64,000 bases of DNA, taken from Styela clava. Lineage: Eukaryota. How positions within the stretch are numbered: position 1 is the stretch's first letter; every line of letters starts with the position of its first letter. The position numbers and the translations under genes were made by a program. The notes beneath the pieces were generated by a model. It was not told the DNA's origin and did not search any database. It saw only the letters and a program-made list of their open reading frames with translations. This document shows, piece by piece, positions 54,301 through 64,000 of this stretch. The stretch is taken from assembly GCF_964204865.1 (NCBI RefSeq), contig NC_135259.1:20212001-20276000 (forward strand), given 5' to 3'.

Positions 54301-57300
54301 CGAACCACCAACATAATTCATGGAATTTACCTCTTGTATTATAATTAACCATTGATTCCGATAAACATGGGTTTCGAGAGTCTTGATCAGGGGTGGGAAA
54401 CATACGACCCGCGGGCCAGACCCGACGAGATTTTGACCGGCCCGCTGACTGTACATCAGTACATTAGGATATTACATTATTACACTTTTAGTACGTTACG
54501 ATAAATTCATTATGTGTTTTTGGTTCCTAATTTTTTTATAGTTTAAACTTTACTTTAAACGCGATTCATAATTTTCTCTCTTTCATTAGCGACTAAATAT
54601 GTGATTAAGATATTGAATACTATTCATATTATAATCCGGCCCGCCGAGAACTTTATTTTCCCACATCTGGCCCGTTTACTAGAGAAGTTGCCCCCCTGGT
54701 CTAAAGGGTCTAAAAAACGTTTTCAAGCTACAAAAAATTGCTATGTATAGTACGGAAGGTGTCCTTTTTACATTTCTAAATTGATGCTCCAACCCTCCCC
54801 GTGATTACGCTCATGATTGCGTACAAAGAATTACTTCAACTCGAAATTTACATTTAAACCTGAGATCATATATATGTATATTTGTGTGTGTATATTGTTA
54901 AAATATAATCGAATGCCTATTAGACTTGTCACTATTAAAAAACTTGCAAAACTTTAAAAATCATTTATTTTGCCAGAATTAGGTTTGCTTTTATATATTT
55001 ATAGTTTTTTATACAATTCAAACAATCAAATTATTCCGCATGCAATGTTTCATTAGGATTTCGCAACACCAAAAAGGTTGAAAACGACTGTCAAATGCTT
55101 TATGCTGGTACGCGCTATTAATTGATATTCAATTTCTTGGTAGATAACCTGTGATTAAACTATTAGAAGGCGGCATTTATTCTGACCCTAATTACATAGG
55201 GTCACATGCCTCTCAAGAACTTCATATTCATCATCTTAAATTTGCACCCCAGCTCCAGTGCCGGAACCAGAAGGTACTCCAGAAGGCACCCCCGCACCCG
55301 AAGGAGAAGGAGAGCCCGCTCCTGGAACCACTGCCGCACCAGAAGGTGCTCCCGAGGGCACACCGGAAGGTAACCCGGAAGGAACCCCGGAAGGAGCCCC
55401 GGAAGGTCAACCAGAGGGAAATTCTGCTGCTTTGCATGCTATGGACTGCCAGGATATGGTCTTTCGTGAGTTAAATTTTTAATTTGAACTTGTAATTTTA
55501 CTAGTTGCTGCCTACTAGTAAACTTTAACCTCTTTGTTGCTTGTGTGTTTTGTTTATGGTAAACCTTTTTCCTTATCGTGCTTACTTGAACTGTCCCATG
55601 TCTTCAGTTTATATTTGATAGGACGTTGTTGAATATCGGATTGAGAGACGCCATGACGGGTTCTTTGTACCAAGGTTGCCCGTGTTGGTACTCGTGGCTG
55701 AGTTTGGTTCGCATTTGAAATGTGTGTCATATGAACTGTTTCCCAGACCGTGCCGACTTGAACTGCCCTATATATGGTTCCAATCTATATTTGATGAGAC
55801 CTTGTTCGAAAACATAGCAGTGTCTCCTTGATTGATCTCTGAATGAAATTATTCTCTGAAAGACCGTGAGATACTTAGCTTATAACGGTGAATAAAGGTA
55901 TTAGTAAAAACGAAATGGCGCTAGACTTGAAGCAGTTAAAGTTGTTGCGCAATATTTAAACACTTTTATACTCTACTAACACATTCACTCTCAAACTTTG
56001 TGATTATCTCAAGGACTCTGAAATATTTTTGGCATTTGGGTTTTTATGGTGGAAATTACGCGAGACTAGTTCTCAATCCTTCCTCTATGCCTTTATGCTA
56101 GTGGATCCGTACTACGTTGCAACACAGCAAAATAGACTAAAAACTCATATATTTTTAACCATGTGAGCGTCTCTTTAAACGTAAATTGTTGGATTAGAAT
56201 TTTATGTTTCGTGAGAATACATCTATCCCCTTCAAAAGTCTATCAAGTGTTTATGCTAGTGAATCCATATGATTGTTCATTTTTTGTCATAATTGTAAAC
56301 TACTTGTCTAAGGAAGTCTGATTTTTGTCAGACGAAACGTTACAGAAAGACATTTGTGTAAGCGTGCAGCAGGACTCTTTGAATTGCATTCTACAGTTCT
56401 GGTCTTTTCCCGCCGGTTTTACTGTCAGAGGGAAATAAAGACGTCTGGACCACTACTGCTCTAATGGTTACTAAATTAAATTTTTCAGTTTCGGCTGAAG
56501 GTAACCGACATCGCATTCTTGACTCCTATACCAGAGACAGGTCAACTCCTAGACCCGACTCGTTCTTTGGCGGAACGGATGATTTGACTGCTGCAGCGGC
56601 CTCGCACGTTGATGGAATGTTGCATGCAGCCTTTAGAAGGTAAATTTGTTATTTTCATTCTTTTTATACGTGAATTTTCTCTTCTGAAGGTCCACCTGTG
56701 ATTGGTCGGATCGTATGTAAAAGCGTGGTAGAAGCGCAATAAGCTGAAAACATGACGTCATGAATTATGACGTAATAATCCAAAGTCGTATTAATAGAAT
56801 TGTAACGTCATTAAATTATTTGAAAAAAAAGGAAACGAAAGATTGGCAGTGCGACACATCCGCCTGTGATTTTGTCAAATTGTGTGTAAAAGCGTAGGAT
56901 AAGAGAAATAAGGTGAAAACATGACGGCATAAATGATGACGTCACATTCAATAAAGACGTAATAATGAATTGCAACGTCATTAAATTGTTTGAAGGAAAA
57001 GGGAATAAAAGAAGGCAGTTTGAAATACAATCTCTCAACACTTTCTTTACCTAACATGCTCTTTGCTTTTGTAGGAAGCTTTACAGCTCAGACCAGGCCG
57101 ATCACACCATTCCGGACGGACCAGCAACCTTCATTTGGGCAAGAGGACAAGACCCGAATAGATTCTACCACTGGCCAATCGGTGGACTTGAAAGATGCCA
57201 AGCGTCCAACTATGATTATTACAAGTAAGTATGGATGGAAGATGTGCGAGATAGACTAGCTGGTAAAGCAGGTATGGGCGAGGCCAGAGGCGAAACCAGA

Positions 57301-60300
57301 GGCCGAAAGGGCCACAAAGCATTTGGAGGGGGCCCTAACGCTAGGCGAAAACTAATTTTACTTTTAACTTTACAGGGAAACTCCCAGTTCTTCCTAATTC
57401 CATAGCTTGATGTTTTCTCTCTGCTAAGCATGAATTCTTTGAACATAACAGGATTTGGAATCTAACCCTAGTAACACTGTAAATCCCGCTGGAATGATAA
57501 ACAGGGCACCGTGAGTGCTATAACCCTCCGAAATGGGGCAACGAGTCATAAAATGTTAAGAACCGCAGGTCTCTATAAAAATCTGTCTCGAAAATTCTTT
57601 TCATGAAAATGCTAACTAGAAAATTCTGAAACAAGTACAAATAAAGCACAAACAAATAAAATACAAAGGACCCAATTACAAGTCTTTTAAAGTTAATTTT
57701 GTCTGGGTAGAATATCCCATTAAGGAACATTTCAATGAATATTTAAATTATGACCATATTTTTGACAACTTGGTTGGGATTCGAACCCATGTCTTTCTCG
57801 GACTTAATAATCCAAAATAGTCATCTTTGCTTTACTTGATATCTAGGATCAACGAACTGAAATACCACGGCACCAAAGACTCCCAGAGAGGATCCAGAAC
57901 CATCAATGTTTACGGTAAGTTATACTTTATACATATATTGTGAGATTTATCAAAGTAAGGTTCTGAGCGTTCAACTCGGCGATCTGAGGTCTTTCCTGGC
58001 TTGCTATAAATAATCCTCCCATCAAATAAAGCAACCGATTTAGGTAAAAATGCGCGCTTGTATATCCCAGATACAGTGAAGTAAGTTTGTAAGAAGATCG
58101 TTATGTGACGGTGGCTGCTTTTATCTAGCCTTGTTTGAAGCAAAAGGCACGAGTAGGCGTCCTATTACGTCATTACACCAACGAAAATTTTCCGTTTCCC
58201 CATTTCGGGCTGACTACGTTGTTGGTGCTAGGCCTAAACTATGTGCCTAAATTTAAAATTCAAAACCAATCGGCAAGATTATTAAAAGATAAATAGGTTA
58301 TAACCGATAAGTGATGTGCAAAGAGCAGTACGTAAATAGACTGGATCTACGCAAGGTCCCCGCCGATCCATCGACTCAAAAGTAGAAAGAAAACTCATAA
58401 TAAAGCGTATGGTAGCAATTTTTCTCACAGCATAGTCCCGATGTCCCTAGGCCCCATGTAATTCAATTTGCATAGGGCCCCATAACAGCTAAGGCCGACT
58501 CTGATCATTATTCAAGGTATCACGGTTATCAAATATTTACTTGTATTCCAACTTCAAAATTTTACCTATGTCATCATTGCAATTACTAAATCTTTTTTTT
58601 CTATTTCTATCCCGTAACAGATGATCCTAACTCTACCGAAGAAGCAAGTGAAGGCTCTCACTCTTCCCCAAAAGATTGCACAGAAAATTGCAATTATGTC
58701 GCACGTTGGAGATACAGAAAGAGCACAGGAATGGTGCAATTCACTATAACAGCAAAGGTGGCCCTGCAACAGTGGGCAGCTATTGGATTTTCTGACGACC
58801 AGAACATGGTAAGTATTGCTGAGCAATGTAAATATAAAGTTTGCTTGTGTTACCTATGCTGTAGTTGCCATGGTTACTGTACTTTCGGTGTTTGGAGTCG
58901 ATTACTTCTAGTTGATACTTTAAATATCCGGTCGATTAAATCCGGTCCCTTCAACGCATTAGTACTTTGCAACAATTGGCGGCTAATGGTTTTCTGACGA
59001 CTAAAACGTGTTGAGTACCGCCGAGACATGGGAAAATGAAGCTCTCTTGTATTCTTTATTCTACAGTTGCCAGAAGTGTGTGTACTAACATAGAGGTACC
59101 TAATTTGGTTCGCCTACTTAACATCAAGTTGTGTAAAGAGACGGAAACCTATGGGCACTTGGCTAACACAGGCCGTCCCCGAACTCGTAATAGAACTAAA
59201 ATAAGGAAAATCAGAATAAAATTATGGCCTAACCCTAACCTGGTACACACACAACGGGAGTACCAAATTTTCTACATACAAAAGGCCAAAACTTAAAAAT
59301 GATATTTCCTCTTCCATATTAATTTAATGTAGTGCTTAGAATCATGAATTTTCATACCGTTGTTTTTACAATAATTCTCCCAAAGTGGAAAAGTTCATGC
59401 AATAAACTCGGTACTGTACTGATTAAGCTAAGTATTTGATTTTTAAATTTTTATTCAGGTCAACACGGACGCTGTCGTAGTATGGATGGATAACGCGTCG
59501 AACCCGCCAACAGTAACCGATAGATATATTACCGCCAGGACTCCAGCAGGTGTCGCCCTTGACGGGGGAACCCCCACTACATCCGTTGTTGGGGGAAGCT
59601 ACAATAATGGTCAAATGACGGTAGAATTCACTAGACCTCTAAAATCTACGGTAAGTTGATTCACTGTACAAAAAAAGTGTGCTTCACATCCCACCGGCAC
59701 GTCGGAGGGATTTTTTGTTTTGGGTGTTTGTACTTTTTTGTATCACATATTCCGGAGGGTCCGCAGACACATCCCGTGCGGCCCGCAAAACAAAATTAGC
59801 TTACACTAGATATTGGCAGATATTTTTATTTATTGGCAAAACATTTTTTAGCTAGTCAAACTGGGTTTGCGATCTCGAGATTTAAACCCTTTTCCTAATC
59901 CCGATGTCGGAAATGATATTTAGTACAATCACAGAATCTCTAGGTTGTATCTATAAACGTCAAGGCGGTGGAAATGGCGTCCTGTGATCGGTTCCCAATA
60001 AAAAAAATATAATCGTCTTTTTATAATACAGTAGTCTTGAATAACCTATTGACATATTTTATCAACATTTTTTTCATTGCAGAATTGCAATATATATTTT
60101 CATACCTATTTTCAATTCCTTGCGATTTTTTTTATGTATTAACAATTTTTTGTACGACAAGAAAACCTCATATTTCAATCATTAACACATTTTCTCATAA
60201 TCAAACCGTATAGTACAAAATATTGACTCCATGCACATCTTTTTTTTATTTTCAGGACGATAATGATCTTGGGCTGGACACTTGTAGGTTTTTTCTGTAC

Positions 60301-61317
60301 GCATGGGGAGGTAACGTGAACGGCAATGACCTGACTTATCACTCATCTAGGGAGACCAGCACTCAGAAGATTTGCATCGGTAAGACTATATTTTAAAGTA
60401 AAACGACGCGTTGGCCGTGTGGTAAAATTGTTACAGTTGACTGTGGTAACCTCACAACTGAAACTTTTAAAGGAAGCCAACTCTGATGGCCATATGGCCG
60501 TTTTCCTTTCCTCCCAGTCTATACCAAAAACTTGGCTTATGTTGTTGTATATTTTTATTATCATTGCAATGCTCGTTTTTTCTGGTTGGCGAAATAATTA
60601 ATCTACCCATAATAGCGCCCATGGCATAATTTAAAATTTGCCCCTTTGATCGTTGACTGAAACATTTTTACCGACTGTTGTTAAATTAAGATGCTTGTAC
60701 GTTATTAGTTAGGTAAAAATACGAGTTTCAATTATTTTCAATTTGGAATTATTTTATTGAAACTGATAGATCTTACGAAAAAAAAATTTTCGCCCTATTA
60801 CCTTGCACCGCTTTTCAAACGGCGCCCATGGCCATGGTTGCCATACCCTGGTCTAGATACTCAACTGGGTATCAAAGACTTGATATCATTGCATCACAAC
60901 TTGAAATCTCTGTTCAAACCCTGAGCTTCACCTCAGGGTGTAATAAAGTGGGTAAGCAATGTCGTACCGGAAATGTTCTTGTCATCCCAGATAACATTAC
61001 ATCCGCACTTACATACGAGAATTTCACTTCCAATTAAAAATGGAACATCTTGCCCTGTCATCTCCGATTATCTATCGTGGGTTCGCAGGTTCGAATCTAA
61101 TGGGGGGCGAATATAAGCGAGAGGATTGCTAGACTCCTCAGTCGCCGTAACGTAACCGCGTGACCGGGTCGGTTACGTAAGACAACTCTTGGGCAGATTT
61201 TATTATTGTTATTCTTCATTTACAGATTCTGGCTCGGCAAGGATCGCTATCTCAAACATACTAAGCTGGTCTTGGATTGTTTGTGTGCTTATCATTTCTC
61301 GTCTATCACTTCAATGA
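42300..61317 (+). CDS. 20-exon gene, 778 aa: signal peptide + His1 LPMO-like (His-brace) domain + 2 EGF + 2 DOMON (Met/His haem type) + GPI-like tail; nahoda-like family
   Basis: Manually spliced: join(42300-42326,43083-43209,43770-43843,44757-44848,45997-46142,46842-46929,47804-47940,49960-50044,51819-51936,52621-52753,53557-53600,53939-54026,55253-55465,56489-56639,57075-57224,57847-57914,58621-58808,59459-59650,60256-60379,61226-61317). Total 2337 nt, all introns GT-AG, phases match, no internal stop. Motifs HLQMTFPPARKFALDFLDN, WHVAYPHMGG, FWSCAD, DSYTRDRSTP and ELKYHG match my recollection of Drosophila nahoda-like proteins (not database-checked). Confidence 0.9.
43083..43209 (+). CDS. 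exon 2: MLCLATTVHG|HLQMTFPPARKFALDFLDNVRTPAPCSGMTFT (mature His1)
   Basis: tttacag acceptor, G|gtatat donor; His directly after the predicted V-H-G signal cleavage. Confidence 0.9.
43770..43843 (+). CDS. exon 3: DGMPITTLETGKTVRATWHVAYPHM (second brace His)
   Basis: tttctacag acceptor, gtaaac donor, phase 1 to 0. Confidence 0.88.
44757..44848 (+). CDS. exon 4: GGIRFELLNATSGEVTASLTGDGYQYTNDST
   Basis: tttttag acceptor, gtaagt donor, phase 0 to 2. Confidence 0.88.
45409..45847. mobile_element. Tc1/mariner-type MITE (TA TSD)
   Basis: ta|CCGTATATGCTCG...CGAGCAAATACGG|ta. A similar CCGT-ended element lies at ~30234-30406. Confidence 0.75.
45997..46142 (+). CDS. exon 5: RLYHDLTFGADHVCDHCILRITRQAGEWTAGADGYLFWSCADVKIMAP (end of LPMO-like domain)
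   Basis: ttcttgcag acceptor, gtgagg donor; CxxCxL ... FxxCADV motif. Confidence 0.9.
46842..46929 (+). CDS. exon 6: EGF-like 1 (CYDGKCLNGGTCSDGTCQCVKTYTGDR-C)
   Basis: Canonical EGF Cys spacing; tatgcag / gtactg splice sites. Confidence 0.92.
47030..47210. mobile_element. Tc1/mariner-type MITE (CAGGGTGT TIR, TA TSD) followed by (TA)n
   Basis: ta|CAGGGTGT...ACACCCTG|ta. Confidence 0.75.
47804..47940 (+). CDS. exon 7: EGF-like 2 (CEYKNDCDDDTDCNSNGVCYDIQSTYYPTKVCYCNAGKMGRYCSK)
   Basis: EGF Cys pattern; catacag / gtaagg splice sites. Confidence 0.92.
48846..48898 (+). pseudogene. 53-bp diverged copy of the 3' part of exon 13 inside intron 7
   Basis: ccgaaaggtcaacctgaggaaagttttgctgctttgcatgctatggactgcca vs exon 13 ccggaaggtcaaccagagggaaattctgctgctttgcatgctatggactgcca. 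Confidence 0.8.
49960..50044 (+). CDS. exon 8: linker DSPVTNAVKTAEELTGYYKSELYGNPEF
   Basis: ttttcag / gtcagc; phase 1 to 2 fits both neighbours. Confidence 0.85.
51819..51936 (+). CDS. exon 9: DOMON-1 N-terminal strands (MYWKLLGTNKDEIEVVLQVKTKTWVALGWRPNTVTGTCR)
   Basis: DOMON hallmark xYW ... WVAxG; tatcag / gtaagg splice sites. Confidence 0.92.
52621..52753 (+). CDS. exon 10: Pro/Glu/Thr-rich insert (SFPVTSGTPTGTPEGSPEGTAEPETTPEPASEPETTPEPTTAAA)
   Basis: ttttttcag / gtacgg; phase 0 to 1. Confidence 0.88.
53035..53280 (+). mobile_element. degraded tRNA-derived SINE
   Basis: A-box-like TGGCGCATCGTG and B-box-like GTTTCGAAT; body GCGAGAGGATTGCTGGACT shared with ~51990-52267 (- strand) and 61075-61180. 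Confidence 0.6.
53347..53456. mobile_element. Merlin-like short palindromic MITE subtype B (~105 bp)
   Basis: GAAGTATGCGCACCAAGATG...CATCTTGGTGCGCATACTTC; TSD cacagggg/cacagggt. Other copies at ~22970-23067, 36757-36866, 40152-40260, 40441-40549 and 61990-62100. Confidence 0.85.
53557..53600 (+). CDS. exon 11: 44-nt polybasic exon ARKRRSLRRVKRETE (two furin-type sites)
   Basis: atacag / gtaagt; phase 1 to 0. Confidence 0.8.
53939..54026 (+). CDS. exon 12: VNMIKQLCLAGNVSEAIAWANSNYNSDPG
   Basis: ctatag / gtatat; phase 0 to 1, needed to restore frame between exons 11 and 13. Confidence 0.75.
55253..55465 (+). CDS. exon 13: (xPEG)n repeats then LHAMDCQDMVF (DOMON-1 resumes, haem Met)
   Basis: ccccag / gtgagt; phase 1 to 1. 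Confidence 0.9.
56489..56639 (+). CDS. exon 14: DOMON-1 core LSAEGNRHRILDSYTRDRSTPRPDSFFGGTDDLTAAAASHVDGMLHAAFRR
   Basis: tttttcag / gtaaat; DOMON D-x-Y and FxR motifs. Confidence 0.93.
57075..57224 (+). CDS. exon 15: KLYSSDQADHTIPDGPATFIWARGQDPNRFYHWPIGGLERCQASNYDYY
   Basis: ttttgtag / gtaagt; DOMON IWAxG motif. Confidence 0.92.
57847..57914 (+). CDS. exon 16: INELKYHGTKDSQRGSRTINVY (DOMON-1 haem His)
   Basis: atctag / gtaagt; YHG ... RG terminal DOMON motif. Confidence 0.9.
58621..58808 (+). CDS. exon 17: DOMON-2 start (...CTENCNYVARWRYRKSTGMVQFTITAKVALQQWAAIGFSDDQNM)
   Basis: taacag / gtaagt; WxAIGFSxxxxM DOMON motif. Confidence 0.93.
58948..59025 (+). pseudogene. degraded duplicate of the exon 17 3' end and donor site in intron 17
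   Basis: tgcaacaattggcggctaatggttttctgacgactaaaacgtgttgagtaccgccgag vs tgcaacagtgggcagctattggattttctgacgaccagaacatggtaagtattgctgag. Confidence 0.75.
59459..59650 (+). CDS. exon 18: DOMON-2 core VNTDAVVVWMDNASNPPTVTDRYITARTP...GQMTVEFTRPLKST
   Basis: ttattcag / gtaagt; 64 codons, phase 0 to 0. Confidence 0.92.
60256..60379 (+). CDS. exon 19: DDNDLGLDTCRFFLYAWGGNVNGNDLTYHSSRETSTQKICI (DOMON-2 haem His)
   Basis: ttttcag / gtaaga; YAxG ... YH motif. Confidence 0.92.
61226..61317 (+). CDS. exon 20: DSGSARIAISNILSWSWIVCVLIISRLSLQ* (GPI-signal-like tail)
   Basis: tttacag acceptor, phase 1; small residues SGSA then a hydrophobic stretch; TGA at 61315-61317. Confidence 0.8.
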
Positions 61318-64000
61318 TGACGTTACGAATTACAAATGACGTGTTCGTATCATGTCATCATAACACAAGGCTAACATTACTTCAAGAACGCATCCTAATA
61401 CAGAAAATGAAAACGTGAAAGTTTGATATTAGGAAAAGTTTGAATTCTGTAATTTGCGTTTCTTTGATATTTCTTTTATATTTTTATGTAATTAGTCTAA
61501 AAAAACGTTTTGCAACCTGGGATTTTGAACAAGTGTCTGAAATGAACATTTTGTCCAAATTTTTGAAACTAAAATATAGTCTATCTTATAAGAATTGCCG
61601 GTTGTTATTTAATACCGGTCCGAAATCGTTACTTTGGTCCGAAATTTCCTCTCAATTTTGTTACCTTATCCAATTCTTTGCTGTTTCGGTTTGATTATCT
61701 ATACTCTTCATAATACCAAGGCACAGCCATTCTATATATGTTTACAAATATTTAGAAATCCTATTTCCCATGACAGTCGGTCCTAGGTTATATGGACGAC
61801 GCAAAATTGGAACTAACTTCATTTTGTCAAAATATTCAATATTGACATCATTGCAGCCCAAACTAGATAAAACTGGTTATAATCTGACTTAAAATTCAAT
61901 TTGAGCATTTTCGTCCAAAAAAAAATAATCGTTTGTTCAAATTCAATGCAGTTTCAGTACAGAATTCGGTGCAAAAGAAATAAAAATGGAGTGCTCCAGA
62001 AGTATGCGCACCAAAATTTCGCACAACCTAAATTCTAACCGGTACACACATACTATGTTCAGGTTGTGCGTCATCTTGGTGCGCATACTTCTGGAGGTCC
62101 AAAAAAGGTATTTACTCCACATTAATCTTTTTCATTTTCGTCCGAAGTTGATTAGTGGCATCACCGAACCAATCTATCGTTCAGTTTTGTATTTTCGGCC
62201 ACTTTTGGCTTCTGCACAACAAGCTTTCATATTATTTTCAACTTTCAGAAACTAAATATTGCATTGTATGTTCTGTATTTTGTATGTTTTCTTTATCGTT
62301 TGTTGCACACTTCAATTTTTTTCGAAATTCGACTTTTCCCAAACTGGTCGACTGGCCAAAATGGTTATATTACGTGACTGGCCTATTTCGGTGGGATGGG
62401 CCACCCTTGGAATAAACATTCAAATATTTCCAGCCTCGGCCTATAGTTTGTTTTTAGGAACAAATTTTCGATGGCAAATGTTTAAGATTCTTAATGTTAC
62501 AATATTTTAAAGATATTGGTATTTTAGAGGTAGCGCGTACGACCAGAGGCCGAAAACGTGAGTTCAAAAGTCTTGAGTGGTAAAAAAAAATTGAAATTAA
62601 CAAAGAAATGTTTTATTTACATTCCAAAATAAGTTCTGCCCCGCATTTCTCCTGGCCCCTTTCGACCAGGTCCGACCAATTATCATATTCTACGTTTTCA
62701 GAATATTTTTTTTTGTCACTCAAATTTTTACTTAGATCTTATTTTAATTCTAACAAAACAAAATTCAGTGATTGCATTGTGTGCTAATTAAAATTAAATT
62801 AATTTTTTGTTGTTACCAGGGCTGGGCATTTTCGAATACCTGATGATTTCAGAATCGAATCGAATATTTTTTTTTCGACTTTTGGCGATCATACCAAAAA
62901 CAAGATGGCCAGGATTCGGAATTTTGTCCAACCCGCTTCGAATGATTTACTATTCAATTCGAATATTCGATTCAAAATGCCCAGCTTCAGTTGTTTCTTC
63001 ACGTGGAAGTTTCAATATAATAAAGTTACAACAATAAGATATTCATTGATTTAAAAATAGGGATAGAATAAGGCTAGGGAGCATTTCTTCAATAATATTA
63101 TACAAACGAAGATGCGTGTAAAAGGTTTCTGTCTAATCGCCTTTTTGCATCTTCAGTCGTATATAAGTGCTGCAAATCTAAGATCGATTGATTATATAAC
63201 TAGGAGAATTGTGTTGAGGGTGGGCCCGCTACCTGCCACGGTCAATTTGGTTATTTGTATTCAGCACCCCTTCCTTCCCCCTTCAAAGTTATCTGATACT
63301 TCCATGGTCTTTTTGCATCACCAGTTATATCTAAGTACTGGAAATCTGAGAGCGATTAGTTGTAACTAGAAGATCTTCATACTTCAGAAACAGGGACTAA
63401 AGGGCAATTTTTCAATATATTGACACTAAGGACGCGTGTCTGTACAGAAAGCAAGGGGCGTAGCCCATTTGTGTGAACGGGGGGAGGGGAGAAGGGTGCT
63501 TAGAGCGGCCCCTAGCTGTTGCGGTCTAACTTGACAATTTTTTCAAAATTTCAAAAATTCTTGACTACGGCCCTGGCCTTCTAACAGCTCCATCCACATC
63601 TTCATATCTCATTCAGTACTCGAAATTTGAAATCGATTGGTTGTAAGTTAACTACGAGATCTTCATACTTCAAAAGTAGGGATAGGATTAGAGAACAATT
63701 CTCCATTATATGGACACGAAGGTCGCGTATCAGTACTGAAGCACCGACTTTTCTGAAAACATCGACTGGAGAGCGTAAGAAGTTACAACGTTTGAGCAAT
63801 ATGCACCAAATAGCGGGCAAAAAAGACACAATTAGTGATTATATAAATAACCATAGTCTTTGTAGGAAAGGTTGAGTTGGAAGTTGGTAATTAGAGCTAA
63901 TTTATACAGCTAGCTAATTAGATTTCATATTTCCTGAACAGTGTTGAACTTTCAGAAAATGGTCAGAGCGAGCCAATTTCTGACGAAAACTGCACAACCG

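Noticed and set aside
57770-57792. tRNA gene (GGTTCGAATCCC on the - strand); similar B-boxes at ~61089 and ~855
   Set aside because: Isolated B-box without a cloverleaf; likely SINE debris.

Overview
AT-rich, intron- and repeat-rich animal DNA. It is not prokaryotic, so most entries in the ORF track are spurious. An invertebrate, possibly ascidian/tunicate, origin is my impression only. The main feature is a complete 20-exon + strand gene (42300-61317) that I spliced by hand. Every intron is GT-AG, all phases are compatible, and the CDS is 2337 nt (778 aa). It encodes a signal peptide, an N-terminal-His 'histidine-brace' LPMO-like domain, two EGF modules and two DOMON domains that each retain Met/His haem-ligand positions. 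The first DOMON is split by an ~155-aa acidic Pro/Glu/Gly insert carrying furin sites, and the protein ends in a GPI-type tail. From recall it resembles the poorly characterised nahoda-like family. The architecture suggests a copper-oxygenase-like domain fused to its own cytochrome electron relay. At the left edge is part of a - strand gene of unknown function with a tandemly duplicated symmetric exon. The ~35 kb between the genes has no gene I can support. It is filled with MITEs, including an abundant GG-ended, 8-bp-TSD, TTAGGG-containing Merlin-like family plus hAT- and Tc1/mariner-like elements, and with minisatellites and local tandem duplications. tRNA-SINE remnants lie in introns of the + strand gene.
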